Positions 47,439 to 56,942 of a stretch of 64,000 bases of DNA are shown here, one piece after another. Position 1 is the stretch's first letter. The number at the start of each line of letters is the position of its first letter. This DNA is from an uncultured Actinomycetes bacterium. GTDB lineage: Bacteria > Actinomycetota > UBA4738 > HRBIN12. The translations under genes and the position numbers were made by a program. Location: positions 907 through 64,906 of the forward strand of contig CAWAAO010000009.1 of assembly GCA_963780015.1 (NCBI GenBank), in the 5' to 3' direction. A model generated the notes under the pieces. The model was not told where the DNA came from, ran no database searches, and saw only the letters and a program-made list of their open reading frames with translations.

Positions 47439-49127
47439 ATGTCGACGGTCAAGCGGAAGTCAAAACAGCTCGGCCAGATCCTCATCGAGCTCGGCTATAT
47501 CAAGCCCGAACAGCTCGAGGTCGCACTCGAAGAGCACCGCAAGACGCCCAAATCGCTCGGCCGCGTCCTGATCGACCTCGGCATGATCCGAGAGTCCGAC
47601 CTCGTGCGGGCGCTCGCCGAGCAGGTCGGCCTCGAGTTCGTCGATCTTGCGGACTTCCAGATCGATTCGCTCGCAACATCGCTGCTTCCCGAGGCCCTGG
47701 CCCGCCGGTACCGCGCGCTCCCGATCGGCGAGCGTGACGGGCGGCTGCTGGTGGCGATGTCCGATCCGGCCAACGTCTATGCGCTGGACGACATCCGCAC
47801 GATCACCGGCCGCGACGTGCTCCCGGTGGTGGCGACCGCCAACGATGTCGAGGCCGCGATCCAGAAGTACGCCGGCATGGACTCCCAGGTGGAGGCGATG
47901 GCGAGCATCGTGGCGGATGCCTCCGAGGAGGACGAGGACACCGATCTCGAGGTGGCCGTCGAGGACGCCCCGATCGTCAAGCTCGTGAACGCGATCATGA
48001 CCCAGGCGGTGGGGGACCGCGCATCCGACGTCCACATCGAGCCGCGCGAGCACGACGTGCGGATCCGCTTCCGCGTCGACGGGGTGCTGATCGAGCCGAT
48101 GCCGCCTGCGCCGAAGAACATCCAGAACGGGCTCATCAGTCGTCTGAAGGTGATGGCCGACCTCAACATCGCCGAGAAGCGGATCCCCCAGGACGGGCGG
48201 ATCCCGATGAAGGTCGGGGGCAAGGCGCTCGACCTCCGGATGGCGACCCTGCCCACGGTGTACGGGGAGAAGGTGGTGCTCCGGATCCTCGAGACCTCGA
48301 CGGCCATGCTTCGGCTCGAGGAGCTCGGGTTCCTGGAGGACTCGTTCAACCGCTTCTCGCAGTCCTTCCGCAAGCCGTACGGAGCGATCCTCGTCACCGG
48401 TCCGACGGGTTCGGGCAAGTCGACCACGATGTACGGGACGCTGAACATCCTCAACCAGATCGACAAGAACATCATCACCGTCGAGGACCCGGTCGAGTAC
48501 CGCCTCGCCGGCGTGAACCAGGTGCAGGTCAACGTCAAGGCCGGGCTGACCTTCGCCCTGGCGCTCCGCTCGATCCTGCGTATGGACCCCGACATCGTGC
48601 TGATCGGTGAGATCCGGGACAAGGAGACGGCCACGATCGCGATCGAGGCCGCGTTGACCGGACACCTCGTCCTGTCCTCGCTGCACACCAACGACGCCCC
48701 GAGCGCCATCTCGCGTCTGGTCGAGATGGAGGTCGAGACGTTCCTGGTGGCATCGGCGATCGACGCCGTGGTCGGCCAGCGCCTCGCCCGCAAGTTGTGC
48801 GAGCGCTGCCGCACCGGGTACCGGCCCGACGAGAACGAGCTGTTCGCCGCCGGCTATCCGGATTGGTTGTGGCCCGAGATCCAGGAGCTCCAGAAGCCCG
48901 TGGGGTGCCCCGCATGCGCGAACACCGGATTCCGCGGACGGATCGGACTGTACGAAGTGATGCAGATGACCGAAGAGGTGGAACGGCTCACGGTGGAGCG
49001 TGCATCTGCCGATGCCATCAAGGCTGTGGCCGTACAGCAGGGGATGATGACGCTCCGAGACGATGGTCTGGAGAAGGCTCGGATGGGCCTGACGTCACTG
49101 GAAGAGGTTGCAAGGGTGGTGAAGTGA
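47439..49127 (+). CDS. pilB: type IV pilus assembly (extension) ATPase PilB / GspE family
   Basis: ATG 47439 after GAGGGG (track start TTG 47427). N-terminal tandem GspE_N/MshEN-like repeats, Walker A GPTGSGKST, Asp box, Walker B DPDIVLIGEIRD, tetracysteine CERC...CPAC. Confidence 0.9.
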   Translation: MSTVKRKSKQLGQILIELGYIKPEQLEVALEEHRKTPKSLGRVLIDLGMIRESDLVRALAEQVGLEFVDLADFQIDSLATSLLPEALARRYRALPIGERDGRLLVAMSDPANVYALDDIRTITGRDVLPVVATANDVEAAIQKYAGMDSQVEAMASIVADASEEDEDTDLEVAVEDAPIVKLVNAIMTQAVGDRASDVHIEPREHDVRIRFRVDGVLIEPMPPAPKNIQNGLISRLKVMADLNIAEKRIPQDGRIPMKVGGKALDLRMATLPTVYGEKVVLRILETSTAMLRLEELGFLEDSFNRFSQSFRKPYGAILVTGPTGSGKSTTMYGTLNILNQIDKNIITVEDPVEYRLAGVNQVQVNVKAGLTFALALRSILRMDPDIVLIGEIRDKETATIAIEAALTGHLVLSSLHTNDAPSAISRLVEMEVETFLVASAIDAVVGQRLARKLCERCRTGYRPDENELFAAGYPDWLWPEIQELQKPVGCPACANTGFRGRIGLYEVMQMTEEVERLTVERASADAIKAVAVQQGMMTLRDDGLEKARMGLTSLEEVARVVK

Positions 49128-49128
49128 C

Positions 49129-50340
49129 ATGAGCACGGTAGCTCCTCCTGAAGATGATCTCCAGGTACCGATTCCAGAGTTGCTCGGGAAGCTTCTGGAG
49201 GCGAACGGATCGGACCTGCACCTGACGGCGGGCACGCCGCCGACGGTGCGCGTGCACGGCGAGCTCGAGCGCTTGGAGGAATATCCGCCGCTCACACCTC
49301 GTGCGCTGCAGGGGATGATCTACGCGATCCTGCCACAGAAGATGCGAGAGCGCTTCGAGCAGGAACTCGAGCTCGACATGTCGTACTCGCTGCCCGGGCG
49401 CGCCCGGTTCCGTGTGAACGTGTACATGCAACGCGATGCGGTGGGCGCCGTCTTCCGGGTGATCCCCTTCGAGATCAAGGGGCTCGACGATCTGGGGTTG
49501 CCGCCGGTCGCGGCCGACCTCGCCCGCTTCCCGCGCGGCTTCGTCGTCGTGACCGGACCCACCGGCTCGGGAAAGTCGACGACCCTCGCGGCCATGGTCG
49601 ACGTGGTGAACCGCGAGCGCGCGGGCCACATCATGACCGTCGAGGACCCGATCGAGTTCCTGCACAAGCACAAGGCATGCGTGGTGAACCAGCGTGAGAT
49701 CGGGGCGGACACGCACAGCTTCGCGGCCGCCCTCAAGCACGTGCTGCGCCAGGACCCCGACGTGATCCTCGTCGGCGAGATGCGTGACCTCGAGACGATC
49801 TCGACCGCGATCACGGCGGCCGAGACCGGACACCTCGTGTTCGCGACCCTGCACACGCAGGACGCGCCGCAGACGATCGACCGCATCATCGACGTCTTCC
49901 CGCCGCACCAGCAGCAGCAGACGCGCGTGCAGCTGTCCACGACCCTGCAGGGTGTGATCACCCAGCAGCTGGTCCCGACGGTCGACGGCAAGGGGCGCGT
50001 CGTGGCGGCCGAAGTGATGATCGCGACGCCGGGCATCCGCAACCTGATCCGCGAGGGCAAGGTGCACCAGATCTACTCGGCGATGCAGGCCGGCGGCCGC
50101 TACGGGATGCAGACGATGGATATGTCGCTGGCGTCCCACGTCAAGGCCGGACGGGTCACCCAGCAGATGGCGTTCGAACGCTGCCACGATCCCGAGGAGC
50201 TGCAGCGACTGATCGGCTCCACCGGCGCCCTGTCGGCCTTCGCCGGCGGCGGCAACTACAACGACGCCGGCGCGACGGACTTCGGAGCCGCCCCACCCGG
50301 TGGCGGCTGGGCCGGCGACGCAGGCACCACCGGATCGTGA
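49129..50340 (+). CDS. pilT: type IV pilus retraction ATPase PilT (twitching motility), with a Gly/Ala-rich C-terminal extension
   Basis: ...GSDLHLTAGTPPTVRVHGEL..., Walker A GPTGSGKST, ...DPDVILVGEMRDLETI..., ...GHLVFATLHT..., AIRNLIREGK-type motif GIRNLIREGKVHQIYS. It has about 55 extra C-terminal residues. Confidence 0.9.
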   Translation: MSTVAPPEDDLQVPIPELLGKLLEANGSDLHLTAGTPPTVRVHGELERLEEYPPLTPRALQGMIYAILPQKMRERFEQELELDMSYSLPGRARFRVNVYMQRDAVGAVFRVIPFEIKGLDDLGLPPVAADLARFPRGFVVVTGPTGSGKSTTLAAMVDVVNRERAGHIMTVEDPIEFLHKHKACVVNQREIGADTHSFAAALKHVLRQDPDVILVGEMRDLETISTAITAAETGHLVFATLHTQDAPQTIDRIIDVFPPHQQQQTRVQLSTTLQGVITQQLVPTVDGKGRVVAAEVMIATPGIRNLIREGKVHQIYSAMQAGGRYGMQTMDMSLASHVKAGRVTQQMAFERCHDPEELQRLIGSTGALSAFAGGGNYNDAGATDFGAAPPGGGWAGDAGTTGS

Positions 50341-50354
50341 GGAGGTGACGCGAG

Positions 50355-51561
50355 ATGCCAGATACCTATGCCTACAAAGCCCGTGACAAGGGCGGCAACA
50401 TCCTGAACGGCACCATCGTCGCCGACAACGAAGCGCTCGTCTTGGCGCGCCTGCGCGAGCAGGGCTTCGTGCCGCTCGAGGTCGACAAGCAGAAGCGCGG
50501 CATGAACATCGAGCTGACCGCGAAGAAGGTCAAGTTCAAGGAGCTGTCCGTCTTCGCCCGGCAGTTCGCCACGATGGTGAACTCCGGTCTGCCGATCCTG
50601 CGCTCGCTCGCGATCCTGGCCGAGCAGACCCAGAACCCCGAGCTCGCACGCGTGCTCGGCGAGATCCGCACCGACGTCGAGCAGGGCTCGTCGCTGTCGG
50701 GCGCGATGGTCAAGCACCCGAAGGTCTTCAACGACCTGTTCGTGGCGATGGTCAAGTCCGGTGAGACCGGCGGATCGCTCGACGACGTGCTCCTGCGGTT
50801 GGCGGACATGATCGAGGCCGAGGTGCGCTTGCGCGGCAAGATCAAGTCGGCGATGACCTACCCGATCGCGGTCGTCGCGCTCGTCGTGTTGATCATGTCG
50901 GCGATGCTGTTGTTCGTCGTGCCGCAGTTCCAGACGATCTACGGCTCGCTCGGCGGCTCGCTGCCGCTGCCGACACGCGTGCTGCTCACGATGTCCAACA
51001 TCTTCAAGAAGTACTGGTACATCGTGTTGATCGGCACGTTCGTGTTCCGATTCTTCTTCAAGCGCTGGAAGAAGACCGACAACGGTCGCGCCTGGGTGGA
51101 CAAGATGAAGCTGCGGGTGCCGGTCTTCGGGATCCTGTTCCAGAAGACGGCGCTGTCGCGGTTCGCATCGACCTTCTCGATGCTGCTGCGCTCGGGCGTG
51201 CCGATCCTGCAGTCGCTCGAGATCGTGGCCGAGACGGTGAACAACCGGGTCGTGTCCGACGCCGTGAACGACGTGCAGGCCAGCGTTCGGCGAGGGTGAG
51301 TCGATGGCCAAGCCGCTGGCCAAGCACGCGGTCTTCCCGCCGATGGTCGTGCAGATGATCGCGGTCGGGGAGGAGACGGGACAGGTCGACATGATGCTCG
51401 AGAAGGTCGCCATCTTCTACGAGCAGGAGGTCGAGGCGTCGGTCGACGCCCTGACGTCGCTGATCGAGCCGCTGCTGATCGCGGTGATCGGCGGGTGCGT
51501 CGGTGCGGCCGTCATCGCCCTGTACATGCCGATGTTCAACATCATCAAGCTGATCCAGTAA
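50355..51561 (+). CDS. pilC: type IV pilus platform protein PilC (GspF family), one +1 frame break at the GGG run 51294-51296
   Basis: Two GspF repeats. ...ASVRRG*(TGA 51297) is followed in the +1 frame by ...ESMAKPLAKHAVFPPMVVQMIAVGEETGQVDMML...PLLIAVIGGCVGAAVIALYMPMFNIIKLIQ*. Removing one G restores ...RRGESMAKPL.... Confidence 0.9.
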
Positions 51562-51580
51562 CTCGACGTCTGGCACGGTT

Positions 51581-51613
51581 CCGAGGCCTCCGGGCGAGAC
51601 CCGGGGGCCTCGG
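51581..51613 (+). terminator. strong hairpin just after pilC (terminator or attenuator before the pilin gene)
   Basis: CCGAGGCCTCCGGG (51581-51594), loop CGAGA, CCCGGGGGCCTCGG (51600-51613): 14 bp with one G-U pair, followed by CCGTTTCC. Confidence 0.4.
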
Positions 51614-51709
51614 CCGTTTCCGGACCCGTCGCGGGCCTACCCGATCCCGGGTATCTGCGCTCGCCGGCCCTACAGGTACACCTCGCCGGGACCGAAACCA
51701 GGGGGGAAC

Positions 51710-51728
51710 GCGCACCAGCAAGGTGCGC
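51710..51728 (+). promoter_or_regulatory. small hairpin in the pilin 5' leader
   Basis: GCGCACC-AGCAA-GGTGCGC (7-bp stem), 28 nt upstream of the pilin ATG and just before the GGAAGGAGG RBS. Confidence 0.3.
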
Positions 51729-51756
51729 CTCGTCACATGGAAGGAGGCGAAAGCAG

Positions 51757-52265
51757 ATGCTCAAGGGACTCATGAAGCGCGTCCGTGAGGACGAGGGCTT
51801 TACCCTGATTGAGCTGATGGTGGTCGTTCTGATCATCGGCATCCTGGTCGCCATCGCTCTGCCGACGTTCCTCGGAGCCCGGAACCGGGCCAACGACAAG
51901 GCCGCCCAGTCGGGCGTCCGCAACGCCATCGCAGCCGCGAAGACGTGCTTCACGGACACGGACTCGCTACCAGGGTTGTGACTCCGCGAAGCTGGCCACG
52001 ATCGAGACGGCGCTGACCTTCGTTGACGGCACGGTGACCTCGACCGACCCCGGTCGATCTGAGCAACATCCCGGCGGAGGCACGGCGCCGACGGTGACCA
52101 CGCGGTGACCAGCATCAACCTCGCGGCGTAGTCGAAGTCGGGTACCTGCTTCTACCTGCGGGACAATGCCGCAGGCCGGAGCACGTTCTACGGGTCGTCT
52201 GCGTCCGACGGCACCGCCTGCCTGTCGACGACGCCATCGGCGCCGCGCAACGCCTCAGCTGGTAA
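51757..52265 (+). pseudogene. pilA: type IV major pilin (PilA-like), disrupted by at least 3 frame changes and one in-frame TAG
   Basis: Class III signal MLKGLMKRVREDEG/FTLIELMVVVLIIGILVAIALPTFL (Gly-1, Phe+1, Glu+5). The body must be read as ...KTCFTDTDS|YQGCDSAKLATIETALTFVDGTVTSTDP|VDLSNIPAE|...AVTSINLAA*(TAG 52129-52131)SKSGTCFYLRDNAAGRSTFYGSSASDGTACLSTTPS.... The C-terminal Cys pair is typical of a pilin D-region. The 3' end is uncertain (possible ...LSW* at TAA 52263-52265). Confidence 0.75.
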
Positions 52266-52290
52266 GCCACACACCAGGTCGCAGATCCGC

Positions 52291-52318
52291 GAAGGGCGGC
52301 CCTCCGGGGCCGCCCTTC
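52291..52318 (+). terminator. hairpin downstream of the major pilin gene
   Basis: GAAGGGCGGCC (52291-52301), loop CTCCGG, GGCCGCCCTTC (52308-52318): a perfect 11-bp stem with a weak T tract (CGGCGTTCTGG). Confidence 0.45.
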
Positions 52319-52393
52319 CGGCGTTCTGGGCCTCAAGGCCACCCCCCATCCGACCGACACCTACAGGACACGGGCTGGAGGAGCCGATTGTTG

Positions 52394-53888
52394 ATGATGC
52401 GCATGTTGCAGACGCTCCGCCGCCGGATGAACGGCGAAGGCGGCTTCACGATCGTCGAGGCGATGATCTCGATCACGATCTTGGCCGTCGGCGCGTTCGC
52501 GGTCGCCCAGGCGATCGATCTTCGGGCTGAGCACGACCGGCCTGTCGCGCCAGAAGCTCTCCTCGCGCGCCGCGGTCGACCAGCAGATGGAAGAGGCTCG
52601 CGCGCTCAATTACGACAACCTCGTGCTGTCGGACTCCTCGCCGCTCACGCACTCGGCCGACACGACGAACCCCGACCACTGGGTCGACGCCAACGCCCAG
52701 ACCTTCGATCCCGATGGGACCGGGGGCCTGGCCGCCGAGTCGCTCGTGCGCGTCGCAGGCGCGTCGCCGGCGCTGCAGCACTACCAGAACCCGCTGCTCG
52801 ACGGCGCCACGACCTACGAGGTGTACCGCTACGTGACCTGGGTCGACTCGACCCAGGACGGCACGGGTGACGCCGACGCCACGGACGGGAACAACGACGG
52901 CATCAGCGACGCCAACGGCCACGACGCCAAGCGTGTCACCGTCGTCGTCGTGTGGAACGACGAGCTCGGTCGCGGCAATACGTCGCTCGCCGAATCGTCG
53001 CTCTTCTCCGACGGCCAGATCATCTACACGGCTCCGGCGACCAACCGCGCTCCGACGGTGTTGTGCCCGACCGCCAGCGTGAGCGACAAGACGGTGACCT
53101 TCACGGCCAACGCCAGCGACTCCGACGGAACGATCGCAAGCGTCTCGTGGAACTTCGGCGATAGCGCGACCGACACAGGCACTTCAGTGGTCCATACGTA
53201 CGCCGAGCTACGCGACCTACACGGTCGTGAACACGGTGACGGACAACGGCGGCTCGACATCCAGCAACTCCGCGGCGGGCTGCACAGTGACGACGGTGAC
53301 CGCCGCCGCCGGGCAACGGCGGTCCCGACGGCATCGTGACCGATCAACGGCGGTGCTTCATACACGAACTCGACGACGGTGACGCTGAGCCTCGCGAAGA
53401 GCGGGGGCGGGCCGAACCCCGCGACGATGTATCTGTCGAACGACAACTCGACGTGGCTCGGTCCCTTCGGCTTCGCCACCTCGTACACGTGGAACCTGCC
53501 GTCGGGGACGGCACCAAGACCGTGTACGCCCAGTTCTACAGTTCGACCGGCAAGTACGGTGCGATCGCGAGCGATACGATCGTTCTTGACACGGTTGCCC
53601 CAGGGACCCCGACGAGCTTCGCGAAGTCCGCATACCACGATCATCGGGTGCCAACACGACGATCACCTTCACGTGGGTCGCGCCCGTCGGCGTCACGGAC
53701 CTGGGCGGCTATCGCGTGTATCGGCGCCTGATCACCTCGACGGGCAGCTACTCGCTCGTGTGCGACACCGCATCGACCTGACCTGCAGTGACACTCACAA
53801 GACGACGGACACCTATGAGTACTACATCGTGGCTTATGACTTGGCGACGAATGTCAGCGCTGGCTCGACACCGCACCTCACGGGCTGA
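52394..53888 (+). pseudogene. minor pilin (PilV-like N-terminus) fused to PKD, Ig-like and FN3-like modules; about 8 frame changes
   Basis: GGAGGAG RBS, then MMRMLQTLRRRMNGEGG/FTIVEAMISITILAVGAFAV (Glu+5). Then |FGLSTTGLSRQKLSSRAAVDQQMEEARALNYDNLVL...; PKD-like ...VTFTANASDSDGTIASVSWNFGDSATDTGTSVVHTYA|SYATYTVVNTVTDNGGSTS...; |INGGASYTNSTTVTLSLAKSGGGPNPATMYLSNDNSTWLGPFGFATSYTWNLPSG|DGTKTVYAQFYSSTGKYGAIASDTIVLDTVAPGTP...; |ANTTITFTWVAPVGVTDLGGYRVYRR...|LTCSDTHKTTDTYEYYIVAYDLATNVSAGS...*. Approximate junctions: 52515, 53205, 53305, 53341, 53504, 53636, 53647, 53775. Confidence 0.7.
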
Positions 53889-54421
53889 CCGGGGCGAGGC
53901 CGGGTTCACCCTGGTCGAGCTGATGGTCACCATGGCGGTGATGAGCATCGTGGCGACGTCGGTGATGGCTGTTGCGTTCCGCTCGTTCACGACGACGAGC
54001 ACGATCACGAACCGTCGCGACGTGCTGACGGACGGGCGCATCGCGATCGACCAGATGACCAAGCAGCTGCGGCAAGGTGAATCCGTCGATCAGGCGGTGA
54101 GCGACGGATCGACGATCACGTTCGACACCTACATCGACGGCGTGCCGGCGACGATCGTGTGGCGGGTGACGGGTTCCTATCCCTACACGCTTGGAGCAGT
54201 CGCGCGACGGCGGCGCGAACTTCGCCCCGCTGGTGTCGCCGATCAAGTGCAATTCGCGACGGACGCACGGCTGCTCGGCGGATCCCTTCACCTACATCCG
54301 GTCTACGGAGGCGTACGTCGACCAAGTGACGATCGATCTGACCTTCCTGACCGACACGTCTACGATCGATCTGATCTCGGACGTCCATCTGCGGAACGCG
54401 CGAAGAGTGAGGACGCGATGA
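53851..54421 (+). pseudogene. minor pilin (PilW/FimT-like prepilin-type protein), at least one +1 frame break near 54190
   Basis: MSALARHRTSRADRGEAG/FTLVELMVTMAVMSIVATSVMAV (Glu+5), ...GRIAIDQMTKQLRQGESV...IVWRVTGSYPYTL|EQSRDGGANFAPLVSPI...DPFTYIRSTEAYVDQVTIDLTFLTDTSTIDLISDVHLRNA...*. It overlaps the previous gene by about 38 nt. Confidence 0.65.
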
Positions 54422-55949
54422 TGCTGACGATCGCTGATCCGCCGACTGCAGCGACGAGGAAGAGGGCTACTCCCTCGTCATCGCGATGTTGCTGCTCTCG
54501 ATCATGATGGTGCTCCTGGCGGTGTCGCTCGATGCCGGGAACGCCTCGCTGCGCCAGTCCGGCTTGTCGATCGAGTGGAGCAAGTCGTTGACCGTCGCTG
54601 AAGCGGGCGTGAACCGGGCCGTCACGCTGCTCGGTGAGAGCCGGGGCGCGACCAACCCGTGTGGGATCTCGACCAGCACCGTGTGCACCGGTGGTGGCGG
54701 CGAGTACCAAATGAGTTGGGCAACGAGCGGCGGGACCGTCCTCGTGAGCTCGATCGGGTACTACCCGACGAAGGCGCGTCCGACGTTCGCGCGCGAGGTG
54801 CAGGTGACGTACGAGCCGGTGCCTTCCTTCAAGTACGCGATCTACTCACAGACCTCCCTGTCCGTCGCCAACAACATGACGGTCATCGGCGACGTCTACT
54901 CCGCGGGCGATATCACGCTGGGCAACGGCGCGACAGTGTGCGGCAGCATCATCTCCTCCGGCGGTGGCGTGAACCTCGTGCAAAGCTCCAACATCGTCAA
55001 GACCGATGCGACGTACGGATGCTCGGGCAAGTCTGGCAACGTCTGGACCGGGGGCACGGGTGGCATCACGTGCCAGAGTCAGGTCACGATCGAGGGGAAC
55101 GCGACTGCATCGAACCCGTCCTCCGCGACCTGCAGCAACCTCGGCACCGATTACGACATCGTTCAAGCTCGGGCGGGACGACCACGGTCGGCGGTGCGGC
55201 GACCGCCTGCGGTGCGCATCTCGAGCGACATCTCCGCTGCGACGACCTCCGCCGGGACGTCCTCGAGTCAACCGGTGCCGGTCGGGTTCCCGGCCTTCAC
55301 GTTCGATCCAAACAACTACCCGAGCGACCCGAGCGACCCGTTGCACCTCCAGTGCTATCCGACCGGAGGCACGTGCGGCTCGAACGATTCCACCACCGCT
55401 GTCTCGGACTTCAACGCCTACGTTGCCGCGCACGCAACCAGCCTTACCGGGACGTTCGCGGTCTGGCAGCGGACGCCGACAAGCTCGACCTACATCAACC
55501 TGGACGGCATCACGTTGTCCGGCGACTTCACCCTCATCACGAACGCGCCGGTCAACTTCGGCAACACGAGCACGATCACGACGACATCGTCGTCGATCGC
55601 GGCGGACCTCGTCGTGAACTCGAGCTACCAGCCCACGGCCGCCTGCACCGCGGACCTCGTCAACACCGGCGGCGCGGACTGCAGCATCTACGGCAAGAAC
55701 GCGATCGAGTTCGACGCCGGCGACGCATCCGATCCCGACGACGGTGTCGTGGGCCTGCTCTATACGACCGGCAAGATGGCCTTCGTGAACTCGGCCAACA
55801 ACTTCGACAGCACCGGCGACGGCGCGCTGTACGCGCAGTCGATGGACTTCAAGAACGGCTTCAACATCATCTACAACTCGCGCGTCGAGCGGGTGCTCGG
55901 CTTCGGAACGACGCTCGAACAGGTGCTCTGGCAAGAGATCAACGTCTAG
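54418..55949 (+). pseudogene. PilX-N/ComGG-like pilus-associated protein with a large Thr/Ser/Gly/Cys-rich C-terminal domain; frame changes at the 5' end and a compensated pair near 55162/55217
   Basis: ATGA overlap at ATG 54418. The conserved ...DEEEGYSLVIAMLLLSIMMVLLAVSL... (no Glu+5) is in the frame of ORF 54486..55949, which has no upstream start. The body has repetitive motifs: ...VIGDVYSAGDITLGNGATVCGSIISSGGGVNLV... Confidence 0.6.
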
Positions 55950-55958
55950 AGTGCGGCC

Positions 55959-56739
55959 GTGCTCACTGCATTCCTCCTCGTCCTGCTGACGGTGTTCGGC
56001 CTTGCCATCGGTAGTTTCATGACGGTGGTCGCCGCCCGAGTGCCGGCGGGGGAGTCGGTGGTGCGCCCCCGGTCGAAGTGTCCGAGCTGCGGTGCCGAGA
56101 TCCGGAACCGCGACAACGTGCCCGTGCTCAGCTGGCTCCTGCTTCGCGGGCGATGTCGCGACTGTGGCGCCCGCATCCCGGTTCGGTACCCGCTCCTGGA
56201 GGTGTCCACGGCGGCGGTCATCGTGGGCTCGTTCCTCGTCTACGACGACCTGTGGATCGCGTTCGGCGTGGCCGCGTTCCTCGCGTTGATGCCGGTCATC
56301 TCGGTCATCGACCTGGAGCACCGGATCATCCCCAACAAGATCGTGTACCCCGCGTTGATCGCCTTCCCGATCTACTCTCGTGGGCGCCCGTCTCGCCGGT
56401 GCGCCCGTCGACCTGACCCGGATGGCGATCGGCTTTCTCGCCTACGGGGGGGCGTTGTTCGTGATCGCGCTCGTGTCCCGCGGCATGGGCATGGGCGACG
56501 TGAAGCTTGCGGCCCTGATCGGGATCGTCCTGGGGTCCCTCGACCTCGGGCAGGTCGCCGTCGCGGCCGGCGCGGCGATCGTCCTGGGCGGTCTCGGGGC
56601 CATCCTCGCGTTGCTGCGTGGGGCCGGGAGGAAAGGGGCGATGCCGTTCGGCCCGTTCCTCGCGGCGGGGGCGATCGTGGCGGCCTTCTGGGGTCCCCAG
56701 ATCGCGGACTGGTACTCGCGCACCTTCCTGCACGTCTGA
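55959..56739 (+). CDS. pilD: prepilin peptidase / N-methyltransferase PilD (A24 family), one +1 frame break near 56375
   Basis: GTG start. ...GSFMTVVAARVPAGESVVRPRSKCPSCGAEIRNRDNVPVLSWLLLRGRCRDCGARI... (zinc-ribbon Cys pairs), ...VISVIDLEHRIIPNKIVYPALIAFPIY|...VGARLAG...GMGMGDVKLAALIG...MPFGPFLAAGAIV... (second half is ORF 56380..56739). Confidence 0.85.
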
Positions 56740-56942
56740 CGCGGACCGCTCGGGCGGGCAATCGGGCCGAACAAGCGTTCGACCTGCAGAAATGACCTCC
56801 TGAGGTGTTTGACTCACCGTGTGCCCTGATGTTTCGTAAGCGTGCTTTCGGGGCTAGAAGGCCCAGATGAGCTTCTTGTGGAAGATGTGGCACATGAGGC
56901 ACGTGAGTTTGGCTCACGGCCGGACTTGGAGACCGCTCGGAC

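Noticed and set aside
51571-51586. TGGCAC element upstream of the pilin gene, as a sigma-54 promoter
   Set aside because: The -12 element is missing: TGGCACGGTTCCGA lacks TTGC at the proper spacing. The element overlaps the pilC terminator-like hairpin, and sigma-54 is generally absent from Actinomycetota.
51562-51756. c-di-GMP (GEMM-type) riboswitch in the pilin leader or in the 56740..56942 spacer
   Set aside because: I could not find the conserved GEMM-I/II core sequences or the paired-helix arrangement by eye. Only simple hairpins are present.
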